Positions 40,048 through 53,446 of a stretch of DNA of 64,000 nt are shown piece by piece (position 1 is the first letter of the stretch; the number at the start of each line of letters is the position of its first letter). The position numbers were made by a program, and so were the translations under genes. The DNA lies in NCBI GenBank assembly GCA_951406725.2, contig OX597825.1, forward strand, positions 73,904,001-73,968,000. Direction: 5' to 3'. Source of the stretch: Octopus vulgaris. Taxonomy: Eukaryota. The notes below the pieces were generated by a model. It had not been told where the DNA came from. It did no database searches and saw nothing but the letters and a program-made list of their open reading frames with translations.

Positions 40048-40670
40048 GGGGAGGCGCAATGGCTCAGTGGTTAGGGCAGCGGACTCGTGGTCGTAAGAAC
40101 GCGGTTTCGATTCCCAGAACGGGCATTGTGAGTGTTTATTGAGCAAAAACACCTAAGCTCCACGATGCTCCGGCGGAGGGTAGTTGTGAACCCCGCTGTA
40201 CTCTTTCACCACAACTTTCTCTCACTCTTTCTTCCTACGTCTGTCACAAAGCAGAGGAACCATGGTGTAACCCACTATGGTGTGGTAAACTTTCAGACCC
40301 TAGTCTAGAATGCGAATCCTCTGTGCCCCAGGATGGTTCAGCTCTCCACCCGTTAAAAGCCACCGTTTACGGAATGAGGATAACAACGTAGCTTTCGCGC
40401 CCGCGAAACCGCCAGTCTATCGCGTGTAGTGGGTGGATCTTCAAGTTGCCACACGCATTCTTAGTAGCTTAGAGTAGGCTCGAATTAGAGATTATTCTTT
40501 TGTGGCTAATGGCGTGAGTCCTGATTGGAAGAAGAAGAAGAAGAAGAAGAAGAAGAAGAAGAAGAAGAAGAAGAAGAAGAAGAAGAAGAAGAAGAAGAAG
40601 AAGAAGAAGAAGAAGAAGAAGAAGAAGAAGAAGAAGAAGAAGAAGAAGAAGAAGAAGAAGAAGAAGAAGA
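40048..40670 (+). mobile_element. SINE family C, 3'-variant 3 with (GAA)n tail
   Basis: Family C head to ~40235, unique ~290-bp 3' half, long (GAA)n at 40528-40670, probable TSD agcaacag(c/t)aa at 40036-40046 and 40671-40681. Confidence 0.7.
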
Positions 40671-40820
40671 AGCAACAGTAAAAGCAACTGTATCATTACT
40701 GTTTTTTGTGTTGCCTCTGTATAAGGCCTGATCGTTCGTTATTTTCTAGTCGTTATTATTCTAGTCGTTATTATTGTGCTATTTTCATATACAAGTGCAA
40801 CTTCAACCGCAATCTGTTAT

Positions 40821-41028
40821 GCACGGAGAGTGGGGCTGAAAAGTTTCTGGTTTTAAGGGACTCACGAAGAGCCTGGATGGAGGCCCAATAGTCCGAGTTC
40901 TTTTACAGTACTTAGAAAAACTGAAGAGGCTCTGCAATAAGTGGGGATATTTTATATAAAATCATCATTAACTGATCCTCCAGTATTTTCTTTTCCCCAA
41001 AGCCAGGAACTTTTCAGCACTCCTTCCT
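40821..41028 (+). mobile_element. mariner-type MITE
   Basis: Imperfect TIRs gctgaaaagtttctggtttt / aaagccaggaacttttcagc; internal homology to 6470-6610. Confidence 0.65.
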
Positions 41029-41314
41029 ATTCCTTAATACCCCATACGTCTCCAGTAATCAGCACTTCACCTACAAAACATCGATATAGATTTCATGAGA
41101 TTATAAAGAGAAAGGGCAACTATCGCCAACCCACCACCAATAAGTTCTAATGAAGTAAAAGCGAAAAGAAATATAATGACCTGTTGGGTGAATAGGTTTT
41201 TGTCGGTAACTTATTTCAGTATCTGTCTTCATTTGCGAAAGGGCTGAATACAATTAAACTAAGCACAGAACATAATATCTACAGAGAATGGCGCGTCATA
41301 TGTATATGTGTATA

Positions 41315-41392
<78 letters not shown>

Positions 41393-41481
41393 TCTGTGTG
41401 TGTTCGTGTATATGTGTGAGTGTATATATATGATGTGTATGTATGCACACATATATACATATATGTGTATATGTAAACTGT

Positions 41482-41551
<70 letters not shown>

Positions 41552-41556
41552 CTATA

Positions 41557-41605
<49 letters not shown>

Positions 41606-42344
41606 GTCTCTATTCACCTCTACACATATCTCTGTGTACATACATACATGTTTGAGTGGATGTATTTGTGTATGGATGCACGAGAGTATTTGCTTGTGTG
41701 TGTGTGTGTGTGTAATGCAACACCGCTTCTGTGTTAAAATAATGGAATTTTGAACTTTGGTTGGAAATCTGAACACAAGGTCTGCAATTAGAATTATTGC
41801 CAAAAATCCTAGAGGCCTAATATTACTTCATATTTTTTAAAACAATTTTTTCCCTATCTTTTCCTCTCTATCCTACAACCTACTGACATACAAAACGATA
41901 CCACGGATTGTTGCCAAAACAATTCACTATGACAACCATGAAACACAGGCCACCTCACCTCACTCCCATCCTTTCTCTACTTCAACTATATTTTCCCGGA
42001 TGACGATGGTCAAATCTATCGTTAGATTATTGCCCACACCAAGTGTTCCTACCACAACTGGTTCGAAGATATATTTCTGTAACAGCGATATTTACTCCGC
42101 TAATTGCTCTCCTCGGACCAAGTTCTAACATTCAGTACGTAGACTTCAACGTATGAGAGGGGGCTATGAGCGAAAGTGCCGGTTAAAAGCTGCGTCCCAG
42201 ATAACAACCGATCTGAAGTATATGAAAAACAGTTCGTCATGTCCAGGCGTTTGCTATCGCTCGGGTCCAGTTCAGAGGTTTGTAAGTTTTTTAGAGATCT
42301 CAGATACCTCGAATTTGATCATATTATTTGTTCCTCTGTAAAAC

Positions 42345-43110
42345 AGCGAACTGGCAGAAACGTTAGCGCGCCGGGCGAAATGCGTCTGCCGTTACGTTCA
42401 TCCTTTCGGGGTCGATAAATTAAGTACCAGTTACGCACTGGGGTCGATATAATCGACTTAATCCGTTTGTCAGTCTTTGTTTGTCCTCTCTGTGTTTAGC
42501 CCCTTGTGGGTAGTAAAAAAATAGGTATTTCGTCTGCCGTTACTTTCTGAGTCCAAATTCCGTCGAGGTCGACTTTACATTTCATCCTTTCGGAGTCGAT
42601 TAAATAAGCACCAGTTACGCACTGGGGTCGATGTAATCGACTTAATCCCTTTCTCTATCCTTGTTTGTCCCCCTTGTGTTTAGCCCCTTCTGGGTAGTAA
42701 AGAAATAGGTATTTCGTTTGTCCTTTCGTTCTGAGTTCAAATTTCGCCGAGGTTGACTTTCATCCTTTCGGGTTCGATAAATTAAGTATTAGTTGTTTCA
42801 GGGGTCAATCTAATCGACTGGTCCCTTCCCCCAAAATTTCGCGCCTTGAGTAGAAACGAATCGTTGGCACGCCGGGCGAAATGCTTAGCGGTCTGCCGCT
42901 ATGTTCTGAGTTCAAATTCCGCCGAGGTCGACTTTGCCTTTCATCCATTCGGGGTCGATAAATTAAGTACCATTTACGCACTGGGGTCGATGTAATCGAC
43001 TTAATCCGTTTGTCTGTCCTTGTTTGTCCCCTCTGTGTTTAGCTCCTTGTGGGTAGTAAAGAAATAGGTATTTCGTCTGCCGTTACGTTCTGAGTTCAAA
43101 CTCCGCCGAG
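42345..43110 (+). mobile_element. SINE family A multimer (about five partial or complete units)
   Basis: Repeated junction aaataggtatttcgt at ~42520, ~42703 and ~43062. Confidence 0.88.
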
Positions 43111-43134
43111 TTCTTCATCACTAAACAGTGATTG

Positions 43135-43181
43135 ACACAGACTGAAGATGAGTAATCACTCAAAAACTCGGGCCTTTGTGT
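43135..43181 (+). ncRNA. Degenerate hammerhead-like motif
   Basis: acacaga-CTGAAGA-tgagt-aatc-actca-AAAA-ctcgggcc-tttgtgt: stems I and II pair, but GAAA and the cleavage triplet are mutated. Confidence 0.3.
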
Positions 43182-43548
43182 ATCACGTAAGGCTAGAGAT
43201 GGGAGCGATGACCTCCCTCGCAAATACTAACCGTATGTCGCTGGAGCTGGAGATGTCTTCATGGGGCTAAAAACAACAGTGACACCGTCCTCTATAGGAC
43301 CCCCACATTTTGTTGGCAAATATATTTTACGATATATATATATATATTTATATATATATATATATATATGTGTGTGTTTGTGTGTGTTGTGTGTGTGTCT
43401 GTATGTTGGTGTATGGGTTTGTGTGTATGAACAGGGTGTATGATAAACATAAATATATCTCTGTAAATACAGACGAGTCGTAGCTATTTTTGTTTCCAAA
43501 CGTGTCTTATTCATGAGGCACAGTTTTCCTGTTTCATTCATAAAATAA

Positions 43549-43610
43549 TTTATTCATGAGCTACAAACTTTTGTACACATCACGTTTCCATGTCTACTAT
43601 CATCAGACGG
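43549..43610 (-). ncRNA. Degenerate hammerhead-like motif followed by AATAAA (pLTR-like layout)
   Basis: Minus strand cgt-CTGATGA-tagtagacatg-GAAAC-GTG-atg ... aataaa about 25 nt downstream. Confidence 0.3.
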
Positions 43611-43733
43611 CAATATGATATTCATAACCCTACACAACACGTATGTATCTAGGTATCTGTATACACACGCATATATATATATTTATATATATAAATGTAT
43701 ATATCTATGCAAACGTATGCAAATACGTTTCTG

Positions 43734-43776
<43 letters not shown>

Positions 43777-43832
43777 GTCTGTCTATCTATATAAATATTT
43801 AACAGCATGTCTCTTTCTCTCTCTCCCCTTTC

Positions 43833-43928
<96 letters not shown>

Positions 43929-43979
43929 CATACATATATGTATATATATACATATATATATATACACACATATATATAC

Positions 43980-44060
<81 letters not shown>

Positions 44061-44068
44061 TATACGTA

Positions 44069-44700
<632 letters not shown>

Positions 44701-45233
44701 CTTCATACAATATAAACTTGAAACAACGAGTTTGTTTGCTACGCACACTTACACACATACACATACATACATATAAACGCCCACACACAGAAACGAGCGC
44801 GTGAACCATCGGGTAATTAGCAAAGTCGCTAAACCGTTGGACAATACTTAAGTTGTATTTCTTTCTATTTTCTTTGCTTTGAGTTCAAATTCCACTCTGG
44901 CAAACTCTGCCGTTCATTCTGTCGGGGCCAATGAATAATTGTAAAAAAAAAAGAAAAAGAAAAAAACCCCTAAGAAATGGATTTGCGGAAGGGTAAAGGA
45001 ACCAGACTGCATGAATGCCCTTAATCTTTCTTTCCTCAGGCTTTCTTTATGGTTTAAGTTCAAATTGTGCGATGACCCCAATGGACTGCATGGACGTCCT
45101 CTTTAATATCACTACCTGAAATCTTGATGCATTTAGGATATTCACTCTGTTGCAAGCACTCGGTTCAGATTTCCAGTTTGAGGATATCTTTTTTCTTCAT
45201 TCGATGAGTTTTTGAGGTTCTTTCAAAGAGCCA

Positions 45234-45439
45234 TGGGCCCTGCATTTTCTCCAATTAAATTATGACCAAGCATGGAGGTTTCATTCTTCACTGCTTTTTT
45301 TTTTTTTTATTAATTTCTCAAATTTATAATGGAGTGGCGCTAGGGTATACGGTGATCACCACTCTGAAATACCCAAGCTTTGCAGAATGAAACCTCCATG
45401 CTTGGTCCTAATTTAAGTGAGGCAAATGCAGTGCCCATG
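45234..45439. repeat. ~55-bp inverted repeat with ~95-bp spacer
   Basis: catgggccctgcatttt...gaccaagcatggaggtttcattct / agaatgaaacctccatgcttggtc...aaatgcagtgcccatg. Confidence 0.75.
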
Positions 45440-45875
45440 TCCCGTTAAAAAAGGCCTTCGAAACTTTATTAAGTCGTTTAGCTCCCTTTTTCTTTCTTCG
45501 TTTGGTGCGCTGCCCGCTTCACCACGGGTAAATTTTCTTCCTCATCTCAGAGTGTTTTGTAAACCGCCATTATCACCCGTCTCTAGCTATATTCATAACT
45601 ATATTGGCAAACACTCTTTAAATTTCTACAACACCAAGTTTCACCACAGGCTCGTTAATTGGACAAACCATTTCGTCCCAGTTAAATCAGTGTTTATTAT
45701 CACTGGTTGCTATTGTCTACCATTGTGACGTAAGATATTTATTGTTAATGTGTGTACTGGCTTCCATGTTCGATCTACTAGTCCGGCTTAAGTATTACTC
45801 CAGAATGTAGTCACTTTAGATTCCTTTGGTCTGACTTTACTCTAAATTATGCATCTTTGTTATTAGATTTCAATA

Positions 45876-46085
45876 AGGTGGCGAGCTGGCTGAATAGCAT
45901 CGGATAAAATGCTTTGCGGTATTCCTTTCGGCTTTACGTTTTGAGTTCAAATACCACCGAGGTCGATTTCTTTTATCGTTTCAAAGTCGAGAAAGTAAGT
46001 ACCAGCTGGGCACTGGGGTCGAAGTAATCTGCTTCTCCCCCCCCCCCATTAACATTGTTTACCTTGTTCCACAATGTAGGAAGAA
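45876..46085 (+). mobile_element. SINE family A (short-tail, diverged)
   Basis: ggtggcgagctggc...gagttcaaatacc...cactggggtcga. Confidence 0.7.
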
Positions 46086-46360
46086 ATATCAGAAGGCAGC
46101 CCACGTCGTTTGGTCAACAGAAACATTTATTGTGACCTTAATCGATTCGTGTTTAAGATCAAAAATATTCCAGCGGCTCTTCTTCATAAGATGGAAAGAT
46201 GAAAATTGAGTAGATCTTTGATACTATCTAGCAAACCAAAAAATATGAATTGCCTCATATGCTGTCTAGCATTGCCTTTCATCCTTTCGGGGCCGATAAA
46301 ATAAGAACTAGTTGAGCACTGTTGTTTACTGTTCTGTAAAGGTAAGATCAACAAAAAATT

Positions 46361-46478
46361 TATATTACATTAAATTATATTTATCTCCCATTAGATAAAT
46401 ATAATTTAATGTAATATAAAATCTAATGGGATTAAATTATATTTATCTAATGGGAGATAAATATAATTTAATGTAATA
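46361..46478. repeat. Nested AT-rich palindromes
   Basis: tattacattaaattatatttatct/agataaatataatttaatgtaata occurs in alternating orientations. Confidence 0.75.
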
Positions 46479-46601
46479 GTGTTTAAACTGGTAGTCTTTA
46501 GAGTCACTCAACTTAACACAGCTGTCAAGCCAAGATAATGAATTTGCGGGAAAAAACCACATGATCGAGGTATATGTATGCATAGATTAACCGACGTAAG
46601 C

Positions 46602-46683
<82 letters not shown>

Positions 46684-47180
46684 CTACCTATTTATCATAG
46701 ATAGATAGATAGATAGATTCTTTGCTCAAAAACATACCTATATAGGTAATTAGAGAGAGAGAGAGAGAGAGACAGACAGATAGATAGATGGATAAATAGA
46801 TAAATAGATAGATAGATAAATAAATATGCACCTTCGTCGCTTAATATATGTAGATATATTCTGTATTATAGTATAGCATTGAAAACGAAACAGAACGAAA
46901 CACTTACTGATTTTATTAGTAGATGTAACTTACAACAACGAATTATAAATGAAGACCTGTCTAATTGTATGATGGTGTGTTTCGTAACAGGATATCTCTG
47001 GACAGTTAAAACAAATACCCGGTAGACACAAATTCAGCCATCCATCCATCAATCTAAACATACATACACATGTGTACATAGGTGTATATAGATACATAAA
47101 TATATAGATGTGTGTGTATGCGTGTGTGAGTGTGCATGTGTATGTGTGTGTGTGTGCTTGTGTGTGTGTGTATGTATATT

Positions 47181-47416
47181 ATCTCCCCTTCTTCCTAGCT
47201 CTCCTGTCCAACCACCTCTGTACGGCCATCGCCATGATCCACCGCTCGCCACTAAAGCTTTTTCTCTTTCTCTGTTTATTTCCTCGTGTTCCTTTCTGTT
47301 GAAGAGCATAGGCTCGAAACGTAAACGACTTCCTCACCTTCCCGAGCGTTAAACTAATACACCTGCTTGTTGTTTACAGACATGTCTTCGTCTTTTCTGT
47401 TTGTAAATTCCAACTA
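47181..47416 (+). mobile_element. PLE-like mini-element family H2
   Basis: cttt-CTGTTGA-a-gagc-atag-gctc-GAAAC-GTA-aacg (47292-47327); ends caactata in TA repeat. Confidence 0.6.
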
Positions 47417-47530
47417 TATACATATATGAATATATGTGTGTGTGTTGTGTGTGTGTGTTGTATATATATGTATATATATAAGTATATATATATATGTATG
47501 TATGTATATATGTATAAATATATATATGTG

Positions 47531-47585
<55 letters not shown>

Positions 47586-47808
47586 GCATAAATATATAGC
47601 ATTGATAAGCAAAATATTGTCGAAACCTGTTTGGCATTTGAATAGATCTATTACAAAATTTAAAAACGACTGCACGTTTGGGTATTCAGGTGCATTTACA
47701 AACCTCAAAACAAATTCTCATACTTTCTTTTCCTGCGTGGGAATACACTTCGTCATTCCATGGCTGTGTACATACATACATGCATATACATATACATACA
47801 TATATATG

Positions 47809-47861
<53 letters not shown>

Positions 47862-48422
47862 GTGTGTGACGTATGTGTTGTATGTATGCAGGTTTATATA
47901 TATATAAACATACATACATATATATATATAATATATATAAATCATTGATGATAATGTTTCTATGTATATGTTGATAAATGTAGATGGGAAAAAAGATATC
48001 TCTGTACTTGCATGCAAGTGTATATATATATATATGTGTGTGTGTGTGTATGTGTGTGTCTGTACATATACATATACATTTGGTGTTACGTTAAGAAGCG
48101 GTTCACAGAAGCAGAATTTTCTATTTGAGTGGAATAATTTGAAAAGCTTTAAGAGAGCAAGTTTTACGTAATAGAAGTATTTTGTAGTACATATTACGCA
48201 AACCTGAAACATGTGTATTAGATACATACATATATAGGTATGTACACGTTTATATATATGTACAAACAGAAGGAGACAGGAAGTGAGAGAGAGAGAGAGA
48301 GAGAGAAGACATCAAATTTCAATTACATTTGTGTAAAATATATACACTGGTGCATTAATGCACATACATGCGTGCTCGGAAATGTATATATATGTATATA
48401 TATGTGTGTGTGTGTGTGTGTA

Positions 48423-48454
<32 letters not shown>

Positions 48455-48505
48455 TCTGTGTGTATATGTATATATATATTCATGTAAATATATATACATG
48501 TATTC

Positions 48506-48547
<42 letters not shown>

Positions 48548-49399
48548 TGTGAGTTTGTGTTTGTGTGTCTGTGTTGATGTATCTATGTGTTTGTCCGAGG
48601 GAAAGAGAGAGTGTGTGTGTGTGTGTGTGTAGATATACGTAAGTAAATATACCGTCATAGTACACACGCATCAGACGCACTTCATAAAACAGATATAAGA
48701 AGGCAGGAAACTAGACTTTTCTTTTTCCACCAATCGCAGTCACTTTTTCCTTTATTCCTTTCACTCACCCCACCAACCAAACACGAACCATATCAGGCGA
48801 AGCCCAGCATCTGACATCAACCAGGCATTCATTCCCTGAATGTTATTTTGAAACTGTTATATATAAAAAAAAAGAAAAAAAAAAACGAATATAAGATTAA
48901 GCAAATAGAATAGAAAAATGTAATAGGGATATCTTTTGAATATACTTTTTGGTTTTCTAATTTCTATTTTCCGTATATACATCTGACGATAATAGGAATA
49001 TTGAACATGTCAAATAAATCAAATCCTTCTCAAACGTACAAAAAACATTAACAAAAAAACCCTCACCTCCCCAATACTAAGCAGAAGAACAACAACAACT
49101 GTGATAATAGCAATGTTTACGCTTCAATGTAATTAGATTTTCATAGTGATAGCCATTGATAAATTGTTCTCTAAGGAAAAAATTCTTAGAGTACACGTAA
49201 ACTGTTTTTCTTCTTTGTTAAATACCAACGCCACAGCTTTCTCAGAGAAATCTGATCTCTATTTAGCGGACAATAGCGACAGTTACAGACATAATTCAAT
49301 TCAGATTTTCTCAGTAAGTCTTTAAATAAATCATTAATTTCATTCTGTAGAAATTATGTTTAATTTTTAATTGACAATCGCTCAGAATTTTTACCAGAC

Positions 49400-49560
49400 A
49401 TTCTGGCTGTATAGTGGTCAAGAATCACGCTTTGCAATCGATCGGTTTTAGTTTTAGGTTCATTTCCACCGCAAAGCGTCTTGGGCAAATGTTTTGCTCT
49501 TTCTTCTGCTACAGCCGTGCGCCGACCATTGCCTTGTGAGTGAATTTGGTAGACAGAAAC
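49400..49560 (-). mobile_element. Degraded family B left arm
   Basis: cttgggcaaatgtt...gccttgtgagtgaatttggtagacagaaac; matches the family B left arm in plus orientation, interrupted by family A, so the strand call is tentative. Confidence 0.4.
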
Positions 49561-50172
49561 AGGCGGCGAGCTGGCAGAAACGTTAGCACGCCGGGAGAAA
49601 TGCTTAGCGGTATTTCGTCTGCCGCTACGCTCTGAGTTCAAATTCCGCCGAGGTCGACTTTGCCTTTCATCCTTCCGCGATCAATTAAATAAGTACCCGT
49701 TACGCACTGGGGTCGATGCAATCGACAAAATCCGTTTGTCTGTCCTTGTTTGTTCCCTCTGTGTTTAGCTCTTTGAGGGTAGTAAAGAAATAGGTATTTC
49801 GTTTGCCGTTACGTTCTGAGTTAAAACTCCGCCGAGGTCGACTTTGCCTCTCAGCCTTTCGGGGTCGATAAATCAAGTACCAGTTACGCACTTGGATCGA
49901 ACTAATCGACTTAATCCCTTTGTCTGTCCTTGTTTGTCCTCCCTATGTTTAGCCCCTTGTGGGAAATATACAAATAAGAAACGTTAGCACGCCGGGCAAA
50001 ATGCTTAGCGGTATTTCGTCTGTCTTTACGTTCGGAGTTCAAATTCCGCCGAGGTCGACTTCGCCTTTCGTCCTTCGGATCAATAAATTAGATACCAGTT
50101 TGCGTACTAGGGGCGATCTAATTGACAGCCCCCTTCCCCAAATTTCGGTCCTTGTACCTAGAGTAGAGAAGG
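49561..50172 (+). mobile_element. SINE family A trimer
   Basis: Junctions gaaataggtatttcgt (~49787) and aaataagaaacgttagc (~49972). Confidence 0.9.
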
Positions 50173-50459
50173 ATATGAAAACCGCGCCTACGGAAGATAT
50201 TGAAAAAGTATTACAGAAGAATAAAAAAACAAACAAAAAAAAAACAAAAACAAGAACAAATCAATTTTATTTTTTAGTACATATTTAGTATTATTACGGA
50301 AATGAGAATGGAATTTAATTAGGAATTCAGAGGGTAAAAATTTAAAACGTTTTCAGTTTTCATTTGACTTTTTTCCAGCTTTAAAGGTTTCGTAATGCGT
50401 TCATTTCCTTTCATTAAATTATTTATATTAATAAAGAATAAGCACACATTGCGCTCCCC

Positions 50460-51210
50460 ATTGTCAATAAGTGGTAATTAGGATTCTGCTATGCTGGTAA
50501 TGGAAGTTTCTGATTGGCTAAATTAACAAAATCTTCAATGGTTGAGTTAATAGTTCTCATTTTTTTTATTATTAATATTGTCAAAAAAGTGGCAATTAAC
50601 AAAATCTTAAGCCTTTAACGGTTCATAATTTTTTTTATTAACATTGTGAAAAAGTGGCAATTAAAATCCTGAAATACTGATAATAAAGGCTTCTGATTGG
50701 CTAAATCAACAAAATCTTCAAATCACTAACGGTTCATAATTTTTTTATTATCGATATTGTCAAAAAGTGGCAATTAAAATTCTGGTATGCTGAAAATGGA
50801 GGCTTCTGATTGGCTAAATTAACAAAATCTCCGATCCTTAACGGTTCTTAAATTTTTTATTATCAACGTTGTCAAAAACTGGCAATTAAAATTCTGGTAT
50901 GCTGAAGATCGAGGCTTCTGATTGGCTAAATTAACAAAGTCTTCGATACTTAACAGTTCGTAAATTTTTTATTATCAACATTGTAAAAAAAACAAGGGGC
51001 AATTAATATTCTCGTATACTGACAATGGAGGCTTCTGATTGGCTAAATTAACAAAGTCTTCGATCTTTAACAGTTCGTAAATTTTTTATTATCAACATTG
51101 TAAAAAAAAAAGTGGCAATTAATATTCTCGTATACTGACAATGGAGGCTTCTGATTGGCTAAATTAATAACCATCTTCAATCATTAACGTTTAAAAATTT
51201 TTTATTAATC
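50460..51210. repeat. ~112-117-bp tandem minisatellite (6 units), each with CTGATTGGCTAA
   Basis: Motif at 50510, 50693, 50806, 50918, 51035 and 51151. Confidence 0.9.
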
Positions 51211-51442
51211 TCTCAACCGTCAAAGATGTGATTTTCGGAATCAGCTTGCAAAACTATTATCTCGAAAAAAAAATTCCGAAGAAGAATCCTTCTATGTGAG
51301 ACAAAGTAGAAAGATACGAATGTCAATATCTTGAAGTGTTTGCAAACGCCATTCAGCACATTAACACTTTTCGAAGTCCATCCTTTTGGTTTCTTCACGT
51401 TATTTCGCTTTGTGCTTTTCATCTTTTCACTATACCAGTTAT

Positions 51443-51829
51443 TGTGGAGGCGCAATGGCCCAGTGGTTAAGGCAGCGGACTCGCGGTCGTAGGATCGCGG
51501 TTTCGATTCCCAGACCGGGCGTTGTGAGTGTTTATTGAGCGAAAACACCTAAAAGCTCCACGAGGCTCCGGCAGGGGATGGTGGTGATCCCTGCTGTATT
51601 CTTTCACCACAACTTTCTCTCACGCTTACTTCCTGTTTCTGTTGTACCTGTATTTCAAAGGGCCGGCCTTGTCACTCTCTGTGTCACGCTGAATATCCCC
51701 GAGAACTACGTTAAGGGTACACGTGTCTGTGGAGTGCTCAGCCACTTACACGTTAATTTCACGAGCAGGCTGTTCCGTTGATCGGATCAACCGGAACACC
51801 TCGTCGTCGCAACTGACGGAGTGCTTCCA
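51443..51829 (+). mobile_element. SINE family C, 3'-variant 2
   Basis: TSD ataccagttat at 51432-51442 and 51830-51840; A box tggcccagtgg, B box ggtttcgattccc. Confidence 0.92.
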
Positions 51830-52261
51830 ATACCAGTTATTACGGATAAAAAATAAAAAAAACACCTTCGTAACGTTTTCTCCTTGGTCGCTGACGAGGC
51901 ACAATAAGACTTAAACATATCTGTTATTCACATTTTCTTAGTTAAAAAGTCACATAATTATGCAAATTGAGAGAAAAATTCAAATTTTTTGGAAATGATT
52001 TCCTTTACTTTTTTCTTTCCGAGACGTTAAAAATTATCGCTCAGTGTAGTTCTCTTTCTCCAACTCTTTAAGCAACAGTTTCGAATCACCAGCAACAATT
52101 TTGGTCACATCATCCAGCTCGTGACGCTGTTTGGTATATTGTCCGGCGTGCTAATGTTTCTGCCAGCTTATATATATGTTTCGTTTTGGGATTTGGTTTG
52201 CAAGATTCATTATATGAGTTCGTGTATTGAAGCATATTCTGTTGTGTTCCCAGACAGAACA

Positions 52262-52294
<33 letters not shown>

Positions 52295-52296
<2 letters not shown>

Positions 52297-52645
52297 ATAC
52301 ATGTATATAAATTAGAAAAGAACCACCATGTAGCAATTCAACAATGATATACTTAAATCATACCATGTAGAAAAAAATTAAACATACGATAAAGCATTTA
52401 GTTAAAACTAAATAAAGTACTAAATAATAAGTAAATATTATTATACTAATTATATGATATTTATTTATTATTTAGTACTTTATTTTAGTTTTAAGTATCT
52501 TTAATTTTTTCTATATGGTATTATTTAAGTATATCATTGTTTACGGTGGATCCTCTCTAATTTATATACATGTATTATATATTGTGATATTTGATTTAGT
52601 ATTAATAAAGTGAATTTTCCCCAGTAAGTTTGGAATCATATTATA
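52295..52645 (-). mobile_element. (TA)n-embedded fold-back element (family H4): ~280-bp imperfect palindrome plus unique tail
   Basis: Arms taatacatgtatataaattaga (52295) / tctaatttatatacatgtatta (52577); the minus strand matches 26915-27040 (tccaaacttac.gggaaaa.ttca...aattagag...aacaatgata). Confidence 0.65.
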
Positions 52646-52940
52646 TATATATATATACATACACCCAGACACCCAGACACACATACACACACGCACACAC
52701 AGAATGTTTGAAGTGGTGTACAGATAACTGAATCAAGAATAACAACTTGAATTGTAATTAAATTTCAATGGGTTGATCACATCAATACAACATAATTGAA
52801 AAGAAATGTCTTTCTCTCTGTCTCCCGTCTTCTATTTACTCTTCTGTCTCTTTGTTGACTGTTCTTCTACATATCTTTCTTTCTATCTTTCTCAAAAAAA
52901 AAATTCTCCTCTTCTAAACAAAACAAAACATCCGCTTTTC

Positions 52941-52980
<40 letters not shown>

Positions 52981-52981
52981 C

Positions 52982-53056
<75 letters not shown>

Positions 53057-53446
53057 TATAGTGTGTGTGTAAATGTATATGTGTGTGTGTAAATACATAC
53101 ATATATACATATATATAAGCACACACATATGCATTTATACACACACTCACACATACATACACACACGAGAACACACGAGCGTACATATTTATGCGTAATT
53201 TCTTTAAAACCAAAACAACGCAAATTATAAAAAAAAATAATTACATAGACCGATGGCTAGTAGTATTGCTTGGTCTTTTAATATTTCACGTTTACGAATC
53301 CATCGTCGGGAAATCTTCGGGGGAAAGTTGTTGATAGCTGACTTCTAGTCTTGAAATCTTGAAATACCTGGTAAAAAGTTGGGACCAGTAATATTAATTT
53401 TTATAACCTGTATTGTTTTAGCCTTAAAAAAAACAATTAAAAATAT

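Noticed and set aside
40525-40731. Poly-E ORF (also poly-S at 8484, poly-D at 55945, poly-N at 61152)
   Set aside because: Trinucleotide repeats; the (GAA)n run is best explained as a SINE tail
52034-52130. Protein-like minus-strand peptide RHELDDVTKIVAGDSKLLLKELEKENYTER*
   Set aside because: Short, lacks a credible acceptor, abuts a SINE fragment and has no recognisable family
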